Positions 16,468 to 24,905 of a DNA stretch of 64,000 bases are shown one piece after another (position 1 is the stretch's first letter; each line of letters opens with the position of its first letter). Location of the stretch: positions 1-64,000 of the IMG/VR virus record IMGVR_UViG_3300035208_005614, one strand, 5' to 3'. The notes under the pieces were generated by a model. It saw only the letters and a program-made list of their open reading frames with translations, ran no database searches and was not told the DNA's origin. Source of the DNA: a virus (taxonomy: Duplodnaviria; Heunggongvirae; Uroviricota; Caudoviricetes). A program made the position numbers and the translations under genes.

Positions 16468-16743
16468 ATGGATAAAATCTTTAGCACACGTGATCTTTAC
16501 TTAGCGGCGACTCTAGTTAGCCTTAAATTCTATCTAACAGGAATTGACTACCAAATAGAGGGAGAAAAAAACCTACCTATAGGTTATTTTAAGTTTGAAG
16601 ACACAAAAGAGATACAAGAAGCCAAATCTAAATACACCCAAGGATTATTGATGGTTGAACCTAAATCGTTCATCACTAATTTAAAAAGTTTAAAAAGCGA
16701 GATAGTTAATATTTATAAAAATCCTCATAATTTTGGTAAGTAA
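16468..16743 (+). CDS. Hypothetical protein
   Basis: 91-aa ORF, first gene of the rightward block. Confidence 0.45.
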   Translation: MDKIFSTRDLYLAATLVSLKFYLTGIDYQIEGEKNLPIGYFKFEDTKEIQEAKSKYTQGLLMVEPKSFITNLKSLKSEIVNIYKNPHNFGK

Positions 16744-16782
16744 ATTATAGTTCTTTTTACGCAGTTATTGTTTATTTTTTGT

Positions 16783-16836
16783 TTCTATGTTGTAACATAG
16801 AAATGTCTTTGACATATTAAGAAAAAGGAATATTAT
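16783..16836 (+). promoter_or_regulatory. Operator-like palindrome plus sigma-70-like promoter upstream of the replication genes
   Basis: Palindrome TTCTATGTT-GT-AACATAGAA (16783-16802) followed by TTGACA-N16-TATTAT (16809-16836). Confidence 0.5.
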
Positions 16837-16875
16837 TGTCGTATATGGGAAAATTTGATACCAAAATTGTTGAAC

Positions 16876-16945
16876 AAAAAGGTATATCCATAGCATCGAA
16901 AGATGCCGAGTCGTCAATCACTCGCCCATGTGGATATACCTTTTT
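16876..16945 (+). other. Long hairpin (15-bp stem, about 40-nt loop) followed by a T-run, in the leader of the replication initiator gene
   Basis: AAAAAGGTATATCCA (16876-16890) pairs with TGGATATACCTTTTT (16931-16945). A CATC-GAAA-GATG mini-hairpin sits in the loop. Could be an attenuator or an origin-associated stem-loop. Confidence 0.4.
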
Positions 16946-16979
16946 GCTTCGCAATTTTATTAATTAATGGGAAAAAACA

Positions 16980-17858
16980 ATGAAATATAATATCAATATA
17001 AATCAAAAAGCATTGAGCGAATTAAGCGACGATATGGACGTCTTAGATGCCTCTATTTTGGTTTATATTAATGATATTTGTGGCAGTGGCAGTGAAAAAA
17101 TACACAGTAGAAGATTTAAGGATGAAAACGGTATATTTTGGACATGGGTTGATCTACAAACCTTATGCGACGATATGCCTCTTCTTCGTATTGGATCTAG
17201 ATCAGCTATTTCAAATAGAATCAAAAGAATAGAAAAAAACGGTTTTATTTCTACTTTAACAAGAATGGTGGATCGTCATTCTCGTTTATTTATAAAGCTA
17301 AATGACAAGGTAGATAATCTCACGTTCGTGGAAAAGAACGTGTCAGTTGTTGACACGTTCTCCAAAACAAACGTGTCGAGGGGGGACACGTTCTGTTTGG
17401 AGAACGAGCACGTTCTCCTAGAAGAACGTGTGGAGGATTCACACGTTCTCCAAAACGCACGTATTATAGATACTAGTAATACAATACATAATAATACTAC
17501 TTACTCTGTGCAAAAAGGGAGGACGAGGAAAAAAGACATTCCTATGGATTCTGATAGGTTGTCTCTATTCAACGACTTCTGGGCAGCGTTTCCGATTAAG
17601 AAAGGGAAACAACTTGCGGAAGCACGTTGGAAAGAAATTGATATTGCCATAATGCCAATGATTATCGAGGATGTAAAAAAGAAGAGCATAAAGGATGATC
17701 AATGGATTAGAGGGTACGCTCCCCATCCCCCAACTTATTTAAATCAAAAACGATGGACAGACGAAATTGATCCCCCCAAGACGACAGCCCCTAAACTAGC
17801 TCCAGGAAATACTTATACAAAAGGAAAAATGAAAGATGTCGAAGAATTAATTGTTTAA
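16980..17858 (+). CDS. Putative replication initiator/replisome organiser carrying an internal origin-like palindrome array
   Basis: 292-aa ORF immediately upstream of the DnaC-like and primase-helicase genes. No closely recognisable domain. It contains a DNA palindrome array (see the repeat feature), as in the lambda O gene and its origin. Confidence 0.5.
   Translation: MKYNININQKALSELSDDMDVLDASILVYINDICGSGSEKIHSRRFKDENGIFWTWVDLQTLCDDMPLLRIGSRSAISNRIKRIEKNGFISTLTRMVDRHSRLFIKLNDKVDNLTFVEKNVSVVDTFSKTNVSRGDTFCLENEHVLLEERVEDSHVLQNARIIDTSNTIHNNTTYSVQKGRTRKKDIPMDSDRLSLFNDFWAAFPIKKGKQLAEARWKEIDIAIMPMIIEDVKKKSIKDDQWIRGYAPHPPTYLNQKRWTDEIDPPKTTAPKLAPGNTYTKGKMKDVEELIV
17321..17448. repeat. Array of five palindromes built on GAACGTG/CACGTTC half-sites (origin-like iterons)
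   Basis: CACGTTC-8-GAACGTG (17321-41), GAACGTGTC-8-GACACGTTC (17335-60), AACGTGTC-7-GACACGTT (17370-92), GGAGAACG-AGCA-CGTTCTCC (17399-418) and GAACGTGTG-7-CACACGTTC (17424-48), all inside the 16980-17858 reading frame. Confidence 0.7.
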
Positions 17859-17877
17859 AAATATAATATAAAATAAA

Positions 17878-18429
17878 ATGAAATTAGATTACACAAAAAT
17901 AATACCGAGGAGATACCACGACGTTTCATATGAAAATGACGTTACGGATGTGGTGAAAGGAGTAGTTAAGGAACAGATTCAAAAAAGAGACGGTTTATAT
18001 ATCCGTGGAGATGTAGGAGTAGGGAAAACTCACTTGGCCTGTGCTTTAGTTAAAAAATTTATAGAGGAGGGTCTTGATGTAAGGTTCTATAACACAAGTG
18101 ATTTTTTAGAGAGACTTAGAGACGAGTTTAAGAACGGAGTTATTACCGATGAGAGTTCTGAAGGGTTATTCAGAGATACGATGAATTATAAAGGGATTCT
18201 TGTTTTAGACGACATAGGGACAGAGAAAGTGACCGATTGGGTCAACGAAAGACTTTATCTCATTATAAACAAAAGATATGAGGATATGCTTCCCACGATT
18301 TTTACTTCAAATTGCGATATGGAAACCTTTTCAGCGAGATTAGGAGATCGATTTTCATCTAGAGTAAAGCAAATGACTAGAATTATTAACCTTGTCCACT
18401 CAGACAGAAGATTAACTCCAAAACTCTAA
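17878..18429 (+). CDS. DnaC/IstB-like helicase loader ATPase
   Basis: Walker A RGDVGVGKTHLA, Walker B ILVLDDIG and sensor TSN. 183 aa. Confidence 0.8.
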   Translation: MKLDYTKIIPRRYHDVSYENDVTDVVKGVVKEQIQKRDGLYIRGDVGVGKTHLACALVKKFIEEGLDVRFYNTSDFLERLRDEFKNGVITDESSEGLFRDTMNYKGILVLDDIGTEKVTDWVNERLYLIINKRYEDMLPTIFTSNCDMETFSARLGDRFSSRVKQMTRIINLVHSDRRLTPKL

Positions 18430-20192
18430 TGAAAACTATAAATGAAAAATTGTTAAATTTCGCGTTAGAGTCTCTTAAAAAAGGAATTTCAGTTATTCCT
18501 GTAGGTAAAAACAAAATTCCGCTTTTATCATGGAAAGTTTATCAAACTCGTTTCGCGTCAGAAGAAGAAGTTAGAGGATGGTTCGAAGGATATGACGATC
18601 CTCAAATAGGTTTTGTTACAGGAAAGATATCAAATCTTCTGGTTATTGATATTGAAAAAGGAGGGGATCCTAGTTTTCTTCCACAAGATACAACGATAGT
18701 TCACACGGGAGGAGATGGATATCATTACTACTTTAAATTTGAAGATGGAATTATGAATAAGGCTAGAATCAAACCCCTTATAGATTGGAGAGGAGAAGGA
18801 GGTTATGTAGTTTCACCGTATTCAGTTTCAGAAAAAGGACCCTATACGATTCTTCAAGACTTGCCATGGTTACCATTTCCTAAGGAATTATTTCCGCCTA
18901 AAGTAGATATTTTCCAATCCCCAGGATTGAATAGCGCCAGAGTTTTTGAAAGAAGACCGATCGTTGAATACCCAGGTTATGGAACAGGACAAAGAAATGA
19001 TCAGATGGCGAGATACATTGGTTATTTGTTAACACAATTACACCCTGCAGATTGGGATACCCAAGGTTGGAATATTATTTTAACTGCTAATCAAAAAAAT
19101 ACACCGCCATTAGCACAAAATGAGCTCCTTACAACGTTTAATAGCATAAAAGGTGTTGAGAGACGTAATAACCCATTCGGGCGCGCTGGCGGGGCAAATA
19201 CCTCCCAAAACACGTACGCTTCAAGCACTTTTCAAGAGAACCCAGTAATTCTAAATGATGGAAGTGACGAAATTAAACATCTTGCCGAAGTTGCCGATGA
19301 ACAGGTTATAAATCAAGAAGATATTTATCCACTTCAAATGAAATGTTTTGATGATGTTATTTTAGGAGGAGTCTGCCCTGGAGATCTTGTTGTTATCGCA
19401 GGACAGTCGGGACATGGAAAAACATCTCTTGCACAGGACTGGACACTTTCTTTTGTCCGTGGTGCAAAAAAGGCAAAGAGCCTTTGGTTCTCTTATGAAG
19501 TTTTACCAACCCACTTGTGGAAAAAGTTTCAAGAAATGGGAATGAGTAGAGAAGACTGCGTTTTTATTCCCTCAAAGAACACTTCGGGTAATGTCGCTTG
19601 GGTAGAACAAAAGATCAAGGAAGGTAAGGAAAAATTTGGAATCAAGGTAGTTATGATCGACCACTTAGGGTTTCTATTACCCAAGACAAATGGCACTTTA
19701 GGAATGAAAAATATGTCAAGCAATTACTCAACATTTTTGACACAGGTTGTGAGAGATTTGAAGACTATAGCTTTGAAGGAAGAAGTTATAATCTTTTTGC
19801 CAGTTCACATGAGAAAGGCGGAGAAAGGAAATAGAAAATCTGATATTGATGATATTAAAGATTCTTCTGGTGTAGCACAGGAATCAGATCTAGTATTTTT
19901 AATTGAAAGAGAAAAAAATAAAGATACAAATGCAAGGTCATATTTTACAGATAAAACCAAAATTACTTTAGCTAAGAATAGAAAAACTGGAACAACTATT
20001 ATTGGGAACTTCTCTATGGTTAAAGGAAGATTCGCTTATGACGATACTTATGACAAGAATTTAGAAGCTTTTGAGAAATTTGGAGAAGAAAAACCTCCAG
20101 AACCAGTAAAGGTCGCAAGATATTACGATACTCCCGATAGTGAGATAGACGAAGATATCACTTGGGAGAGAACTAAAGAAGTAGAAGAATAA
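18429..20192 (+). CDS. Primase-helicase (N-terminal bifunctional prim-pol domain plus C-terminal DnaB/RepA-like RecA-fold helicase)
   Basis: N-terminus ISVIPVGKNKIPLLSWKVYQ...LLVIDIEKGG...HTGGDGYHYYF...GGYVVSPYS matches the primase/polymerase N-terminal domain. C-terminus has GDLVVIAGQSGHGKTSLA (Walker A) and VVMIDHLGF (Walker B). Confidence 0.8.
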   Translation: MKTINEKLLNFALESLKKGISVIPVGKNKIPLLSWKVYQTRFASEEEVRGWFEGYDDPQIGFVTGKISNLLVIDIEKGGDPSFLPQDTTIVHTGGDGYHYYFKFEDGIMNKARIKPLIDWRGEGGYVVSPYSVSEKGPYTILQDLPWLPFPKELFPPKVDIFQSPGLNSARVFERRPIVEYPGYGTGQRNDQMARYIGYLLTQLHPADWDTQGWNIILTANQKNTPPLAQNELLTTFNSIKGVERRNNPFGRAGGANTSQNTYASSTFQENPVILNDGSDEIKHLAEVADEQVINQEDIYPLQMKCFDDVILGGVCPGDLVVIAGQSGHGKTSLAQDWTLSFVRGAKKAKSLWFSYEVLPTHLWKKFQEMGMSREDCVFIPSKNTSGNVAWVEQKIKEGKEKFGIKVVMIDHLGFLLPKTNGTLGMKNMSSNYSTFLTQVVRDLKTIALKEEVIIFLPVHMRKAEKGNRKSDIDDIKDSSGVAQESDLVFLIEREKNKDTNARSYFTDKTKITLAKNRKTGTTIIGNFSMVKGRFAYDDTYDKNLEAFEKFGEEKPPEPVKVARYYDTPDSEIDEDITWERTKEVEE

Positions 20193-20196
20193 AAAA

Positions 20197-20409
20197 ATGA
20201 GTAGACCAGAACATTTAAATTGTGTGAATACTGTTGAGGGGATAAGAAGAATTAATGAAGAACAAAGAGAATATGATAAAGACCCCGAACAATATGAAAG
20301 AAGAGAAAGAGAAATTAAAGAAGAGAGAGAAAGAGAGCAAGAACAAGAAAGACAAGATTATTTAGAACAGGAAAAAATATTAGAAGATAACGAACAAAAT
20401 TATGGATGA
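20197..20409 (+). CDS. Small Glu/Arg-rich coiled-coil protein
   Basis: 70 aa with ERREREIKEEREREQEQERQ low complexity. Confidence 0.4.
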   Translation: MSRPEHLNCVNTVEGIRRINEEQREYDKDPEQYERREREIKEEREREQEQERQDYLEQEKILEDNEQNYG

Positions 20410-20644
20410 AAAATCAATTAGAGAATTTTTAGAAGAATTAGATCCTGATAATAAAATCCCTGAAGATAGAAAAGAAGATTTTATTCAGGAAGTTATTTAC
20501 AGAGAAGCACACCCTATTCCTGACGGAACAGTTATTGATGGAATAACATATTCCACATTAGAAGAACAAATGGCAAACGAAACGGACTGGAGAAAAAAAG
20601 CGTCGATCGCAGCCCGAATTATTAGTAAGAGATTAGAAGAATAA
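20402..20644 (+). CDS. Hypothetical protein
   Basis: 80-aa ORF overlapping the upstream gene by 8 nt. Confidence 0.4.
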   Translation: MDEKSIREFLEELDPDNKIPEDRKEDFIQEVIYREAHPIPDGTVIDGITYSTLEEQMANETDWRKKASIAARIISKRLEE

Positions 20645-20646
20645 CA

Positions 20647-20838
20647 ATGTACGAAGACAATGAATGTCCTACAGGTAAAAAGATTTATGATAAAAAAGGA
20701 GCAACAACATTAAAAAATAAAACGATGGAATTGCATCATATTGAAATGCGAATATATCCTTGCCCGAGATGTAATGGGTGGCACCTAACAAGCGTCGGGA
20801 AGCATAAACCGTTTAGACACTGTAAACTTGACAAGTAA
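20647..20838 (+). CDS. Small Cys-containing (zinc-ribbon-like) protein
   Basis: 63 aa with CPTGK...CPRCNGWH. The stop codon overlaps the -35 box of the 20828 promoter. Confidence 0.4.
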   Translation: MYEDNECPTGKKIYDKKGATTLKNKTMELHHIEMRIYPCPRCNGWHLTSVGKHKPFRHCKLDK

Positions 20839-20855
20839 AAAGATAGGAGTATACT
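20828..20855 (+). promoter_or_regulatory. Sigma-70-like promoter TTGACA-N16-TATACT (copy 4)
   Basis: cTTGACAagtaaaaagataggagTATACTtaa on the plus strand, identical to the 8044 copy. Confidence 0.65.
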
Positions 20856-20861
20856 TAAAAG

Positions 20862-21105
20862 ATAGTTGATTGATTTCTGGGGTTTGGCGTGTCATCTAGA
20901 TTGCTTCCGCATCGCTAAGGTGGCCCGTCAAAGGAAGTCCTCAGACGTCAATCAATTATCTGTGCGAATCGGTAGTTGTGTCCGTGATTTGAAGGTCCAG
21001 TAACTCTCTGCCACGCTTCGCGCTGGTTTAAAGTCTGGCGTAAGGAAATCGACCCGCCTTTGAATCGTGGGCTCAACTACTGAAAATTATTAGTTTAAAA
21101 GAAAA
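20862..21105 (+). ncRNA. GC-enriched structured leader or candidate ncRNA (about 245 nt)
   Basis: No ORF. Markedly GC-richer than the flanking sequence (GGGGTTTGGCGTGTC ... GCCACGCTTCGCGCTGG ... CGACCCGCC), with many short GC stems. Transcribed from the 20828 promoter ahead of the 21111 gene. Confidence 0.4.
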
Positions 21106-21110
21106 TAACA

Positions 21111-21896
21111 ATGGAAATAAAAATATTTGGAAAGAGTTTGTTTAAGTTTAGTAAAAATGAAGCATTATTTGTGGGTATTAATTCATCAATGAAAGAAAGT
21201 AAATATCTTCCTGATTTTTACGGCAGATCATTTGGTGGAGGAAGTATGAGTATTGAAAATGTCATATCTTCATCTTTTGCAACAGAATTAGCTGGAACAG
21301 GGGCAGTTACAAAATATGCAGAGACAAAAAAGGAAGAACCTGCTAAAGAAAAAGAAAAAATAACACCAAAAGGAGTTTATAATTTACAAATGTTGAATGA
21401 TAAGAGTTTTAAATTAAAAGTTGAACCGACCTACCTTGACAACTTAATTCAGTCTTTCAAGGATAAATTGTCTCTAATTAAATCTGAAGAATATGATATG
21501 AGAAATGGTACTCAAGAAATTGCAAGTATTCTTATGAGACTAGAAAATAGAAAAAAGTATAGCGATCATAAGAAAATGTTTGAGGAATTCCCATATACTA
21601 CAACAAATAAGATAAATGAATTGGTTAAGGAACACGATCATTTAAAGATAGGACAAGTTGCAGAATTTATGGCTGATATGCCAAAAGAGGCAATTGATGT
21701 TATGAAGAAATATAATAAAGAAGTTGATTTGCTTTGTAAAAAGCAAGCAGTATTCTATATTATTGCAAACAAAGAAGATTTCAAGAAAACAGAGAAGAGA
21801 AGAGATCCAATACTTTTGGCACAATCACCATTCGGTCACTTCTGGCAGATACTTGGAGCTTGGGATGAAGAAATGATGTTAATCGAAGAATTATAA
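21111..21896 (+). CDS. Hypothetical protein
   Basis: 261-aa ORF. Confidence 0.5.
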   Translation: MEIKIFGKSLFKFSKNEALFVGINSSMKESKYLPDFYGRSFGGGSMSIENVISSSFATELAGTGAVTKYAETKKEEPAKEKEKITPKGVYNLQMLNDKSFKLKVEPTYLDNLIQSFKDKLSLIKSEEYDMRNGTQEIASILMRLENRKKYSDHKKMFEEFPYTTTNKINELVKEHDHLKIGQVAEFMADMPKEAIDVMKKYNKEVDLLCKKQAVFYIIANKEDFKKTEKRRDPILLAQSPFGHFWQILGAWDEEMMLIEEL

Positions 21897-21902
21897 AAAA
21901 AT

Positions 21903-22214
21903 ATGGAAAAAGAAAAATCACTAGGATATAGTTTGTTTGTAGACGAAGATATGAATGATCTTTTAGTTCTACTTTGCAACCTATATTCTATGGCAGAAGA
22001 GAGTGGACTCTTCGAAAAATATCCACCAGATGATAGTTTGAAGATACAGTTAGCGTTTATGAGATTATTAAAAAATGCAGTCGAACCTGCCCACAAGCTA
22101 GGTTGGTGCAAAGACCCAGATTGCGAATGGGTTGATAAAGATAAAAAAGATGACAAAAATAACACAAACAAAGATGGGAAGAGCAAAAATGATAAAAAAG
22201 ACGGTAACAAATAG
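21903..22214 (+). CDS. Hypothetical protein with a Lys/Asp-rich tail
   Basis: 103-aa ORF. The last 30 aa are KD-rich low complexity. Confidence 0.4.
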   Translation: MEKEKSLGYSLFVDEDMNDLLVLLCNLYSMAEESGLFEKYPPDDSLKIQLAFMRLLKNAVEPAHKLGWCKDPDCEWVDKDKKDDKNNTNKDGKSKNDKKDGNK

Positions 22215-22383
22215 ATTAGGTAAGAAAGAAGTTGGAAGAATTACAGGATATGAACCTTGTACTCCAAGGAAAAATGTAAGTGATCCCAAAACTTACAAAA
22301 CAGCGTTAGTATCAGAAGGTCAAATTATCAACTGGGGTAAAAGAGAAAGAAAAGAAACCCGAAAGTTAATGAAACAATTATAA
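22132..22383 (+). CDS. Hypothetical basic protein, start uncertain
   Basis: Its stop (TAA) overlaps the recA ATG (TAATG), suggesting translational coupling. Its 5' part overlaps 21903-22214 in another frame, so the true start is probably an internal Met. Confidence 0.35.
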   Translation: MIKIKKMTKITQTKMGRAKMIKKTVTNRLGKKEVGRITGYEPCTPRKNVSDPKTYKTALVSEGQIINWGKRERKETRKLMKQL

Positions 22384-23399
22384 TGAAAAAAGAAAAAAAA
22401 GAGGTAGAAGAAGTTAAGACGGATAAAGTGGAAGATGCATTAGCAAGACTTCAAAAGAAGTATGGTGCTGATGTTCTTATGCAAATGGATAAAAATATTG
22501 ACTTCAAAGTAGATTGGCTTTCAACAGGATGTTTTTCTTTAGATGATCTTATCGGAGGAGGAATTCCTAGAGGAAGAATCATTGAAGTTTTTGGAGCAGA
22601 ATCAGGAGGTAAGAGTACCTTATCATTATTCATTATGGCACAAATTCAAAAGCAAGGAGGTAGAGTCGCATTGATTGATGCTGAAAATGCTTTTGACGGA
22701 TCTTATGCTGCTAATATTGGGTTAGATGTATCAAAGTTGATGGTTTCTCAACCAACCTCTCTCGAAGAATCAATGGATATCATTAAGGAACTTGTAGAGA
22801 CAAGTATGATAGATATCATCGTTGTCGACTCTGTGAGCGCCCTAGTGCCCAAATCAGAGGTTGAGGGAGAAGATTTTATGAAGGATACGATGGCTATTCA
22901 AGCGAGACTTATGAGTAGAGCATTAAGAATTCTTTCAGGACCTATATCTAAATCAAAAACAGTGGTTATCTTTATCAATCAAATTAGAGATAAAGTAGGA
23001 GTTTTCTTTGGAGCCAAAACAACAACCAGTGGAGGAAGAGCATTAAAATTCTTCAGTTCAGTTAGGCTTGAAGTTTCAAAAGGTTCTAAAATAGAAAAAG
23101 GAGATGTTCAAATCGGTAATGAGATTATAGTTACAGCAGTTAAAAATAAGGTGGGATTCCCATGGAAGAAAACTAAACTAGATCTTTATTATGCAAAAGG
23201 AATAGATCTTTATGCAGATACCTTGGATTTTGCTGAAAAACTTGGAATTGTAACTCAAAAAGGAGTAACATATTATTTTAAAGAAGCTGGAATAGGGGTA
23301 GGAAGAGATAAGGCAAAAAAATTCCTTATTGATAATGAAGAAACTTTCAAACTTATTCAAGAAGAAATAAAGAAAAATATATGTCCAACAAAATCATAA
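22383..23399 (+). CDS. recA: Recombinase RecA
   Basis: GGGIPRGRIIEVFGAESGGKSTLSL...ALIDAENAFD...IVVDSVSALVPKSEVEGE is collinear with E. coli RecA ([24 protein letters not shown]...FIDAEHALD...VVDSVAALTPKAEIEGE). Confidence 0.9.
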   Translation: MKKEKKEVEEVKTDKVEDALARLQKKYGADVLMQMDKNIDFKVDWLSTGCFSLDDLIGGGIPRGRIIEVFGAESGGKSTLSLFIMAQIQKQGGRVALIDAENAFDGSYAANIGLDVSKLMVSQPTSLEESMDIIKELVETSMIDIIVVDSVSALVPKSEVEGEDFMKDTMAIQARLMSRALRILSGPISKSKTVVIFINQIRDKVGVFFGAKTTTSGGRALKFFSSVRLEVSKGSKIEKGDVQIGNEIIVTAVKNKVGFPWKKTKLDLYYAKGIDLYADTLDFAEKLGIVTQKGVTYYFKEAGIGVGRDKAKKFLIDNEETFKLIQEEIKKNICPTKS

Positions 23400-23605
23400 A
23401 AAATATTAAATTCCTTATCAAGGCGATAGATAGAGGATATGGTCATAATTGTGAAGATGTTTGTTGGGATTGCCCATGTTGTAAAGCACATCATCTTCAA
23501 GACGGTTTAAGATGGATGTTAGAATTAGAAGAGTTTGGAGAACAATGTAAGAAAACTAAATTTAAACAAAAAAATGTTAAATCAAGGAGAAAAAACAATA
23601 AATAA
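23381..23605 (+). CDS. Hypothetical Cys-rich small protein
   Basis: 74 aa with CEDVCWDCPCCKAHH. Overlaps the recA end and the next ORF. Confidence 0.3.
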   Translation: MSNKIIKNIKFLIKAIDRGYGHNCEDVCWDCPCCKAHHLQDGLRWMLELEEFGEQCKKTKFKQKNVKSRRKNNK

Positions 23606-24119
23606 AAAAATATATGCTTTGCTTTTAGAATCAAGCAAGACTTATTTTTTGAGTGTGCAATCTGCCTATTCTTTAGAGGATGCATTTCTTTTAGCCAAGA
23701 TAGAGTTCGCAAAACTTAATCCTTTATCAAAAGGAGAAAATTCATTGGAAGGAGCAAAGATAGGTTTATTCTCGATCAAAACTGTAGAGGAACTTAACTC
23801 ACAAAATTCAGATAAAATTACTTCAGTTGATAGTGCTATTCAAACACAAGAGGAAACGTCTTCTGGAAGAACAGTAAAGATCGGTCAGGTAGACCCTGAA
23901 GACTTTCTAAAAATATTGGAAGAGGGTTTTCTTCCAAAAACAAGGAAGAGTGATATTAAAAAGATAATTCCTAAGACGCCTCCAGAAGAAGAACCTAAAA
24001 CCAAGAAGAATAAATTAATGTTAGAAATCATCAAAAGTAAAGATAAAAGAATCCTAGAAATGAATAAGGAGCTTTTTACTCCTGAAGAAATCAAATATAT
24101 TGAAAAACAGATGGAATAA
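23535..24119 (+). CDS. Hypothetical protein
   Basis: 194-aa ORF. Confidence 0.45.
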   Translation: MENNVRKLNLNKKMLNQGEKTINKKIYALLLESSKTYFLSVQSAYSLEDAFLLAKIEFAKLNPLSKGENSLEGAKIGLFSIKTVEELNSQNSDKITSVDSAIQTQEETSSGRTVKIGQVDPEDFLKILEEGFLPKTRKSDIKKIIPKTPPEEEPKTKKNKLMLEIIKSKDKRILEMNKELFTPEEIKYIEKQME

Positions 24120-24139
24120 TCTGTCAAGGTATTATTTAC

Positions 24140-24167
24140 TTGACAAGTAAAATAGAAGGAGTATACT
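24140..24167 (+). promoter_or_regulatory. Sigma-70-like promoter TTGACA-N16-TATACT (copy 5)
   Basis: cTTGACAagtaaaatagaaggagTATACTtac on the plus strand, upstream of 24232. Confidence 0.65.
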
Positions 24168-24231
24168 TACAACAAGGTCGATGTTCATGTTATAAGTTAA
24201 ATTATTAAAGTTAAATTAATTAAAAAAAGTT

Positions 24232-24879
24232 ATGGTAGATATATTTCAAACAAAAGAGAAGGTTATGCCAGAGTGGATGAAGTTCGTTAATGCGGGCGAT
24301 GCTATTCAAGGTACATATGTAGGTAAAATAGTAGGACAGATAGACGGTTACGGCAACGAGCAAGTAATTTATCAATTACTAAAAGACGATAAGATCGTTA
24401 ACGTTGGATTTGGATTGAACAAAAAATTCCTTAATAAGGATATGGAGTCAGTCAAATTTGGACAAATTATTGGATTCAAATATAAAGGAAAAGTAGAAGT
24501 AAAAGATAAGTTCGGTAAAGCTGTTATGGTTAAAGATTTTTCTCTTCATCAAGATCCTAAGATTGTAGATGAAGCATGGTTAAAAGCAAACCCAAATGGA
24601 GTTGAAGTTCAAGTTGCTGATAAAACTTCTGTATCAGAAAAGCCAAAGGGATTTGGAGATTTTGACAATGTAGTAGCAACAAACACAGAAGATGTTCCAT
24701 TTTCTAGTGCAGGTTCTTTGACAAACGCAGACAAGTTAACTGTTATTGAAAAACTTGCTAAAGACAAACTAGGAGTTATAGGTTCACAAGCAGTTAAGGA
24801 TAAAGTAATGGAAGTAACAGGTATAGCATTTATACCAGTCAACTTCGACAAGATTACAGAAAAATTGATATCTATGTAG
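24232..24879 (+). CDS. Hypothetical protein; the recombination-module position suggests a possible ssDNA-binding role
   Basis: 215-aa ORF between recA and sbcD. No convincing OB-fold motif seen, so the function is a guess from context. Confidence 0.4.
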   Translation: MVDIFQTKEKVMPEWMKFVNAGDAIQGTYVGKIVGQIDGYGNEQVIYQLLKDDKIVNVGFGLNKKFLNKDMESVKFGQIIGFKYKGKVEVKDKFGKAVMVKDFSLHQDPKIVDEAWLKANPNGVEVQVADKTSVSEKPKGFGDFDNVVATNTEDVPFSSAGSLTNADKLTVIEKLAKDKLGVIGSQAVKDKVMEVTGIAFIPVNFDKITEKLISM

Positions 24880-24905
24880 TTAATTAGTTTTTATAACTAG
24901 CGACT

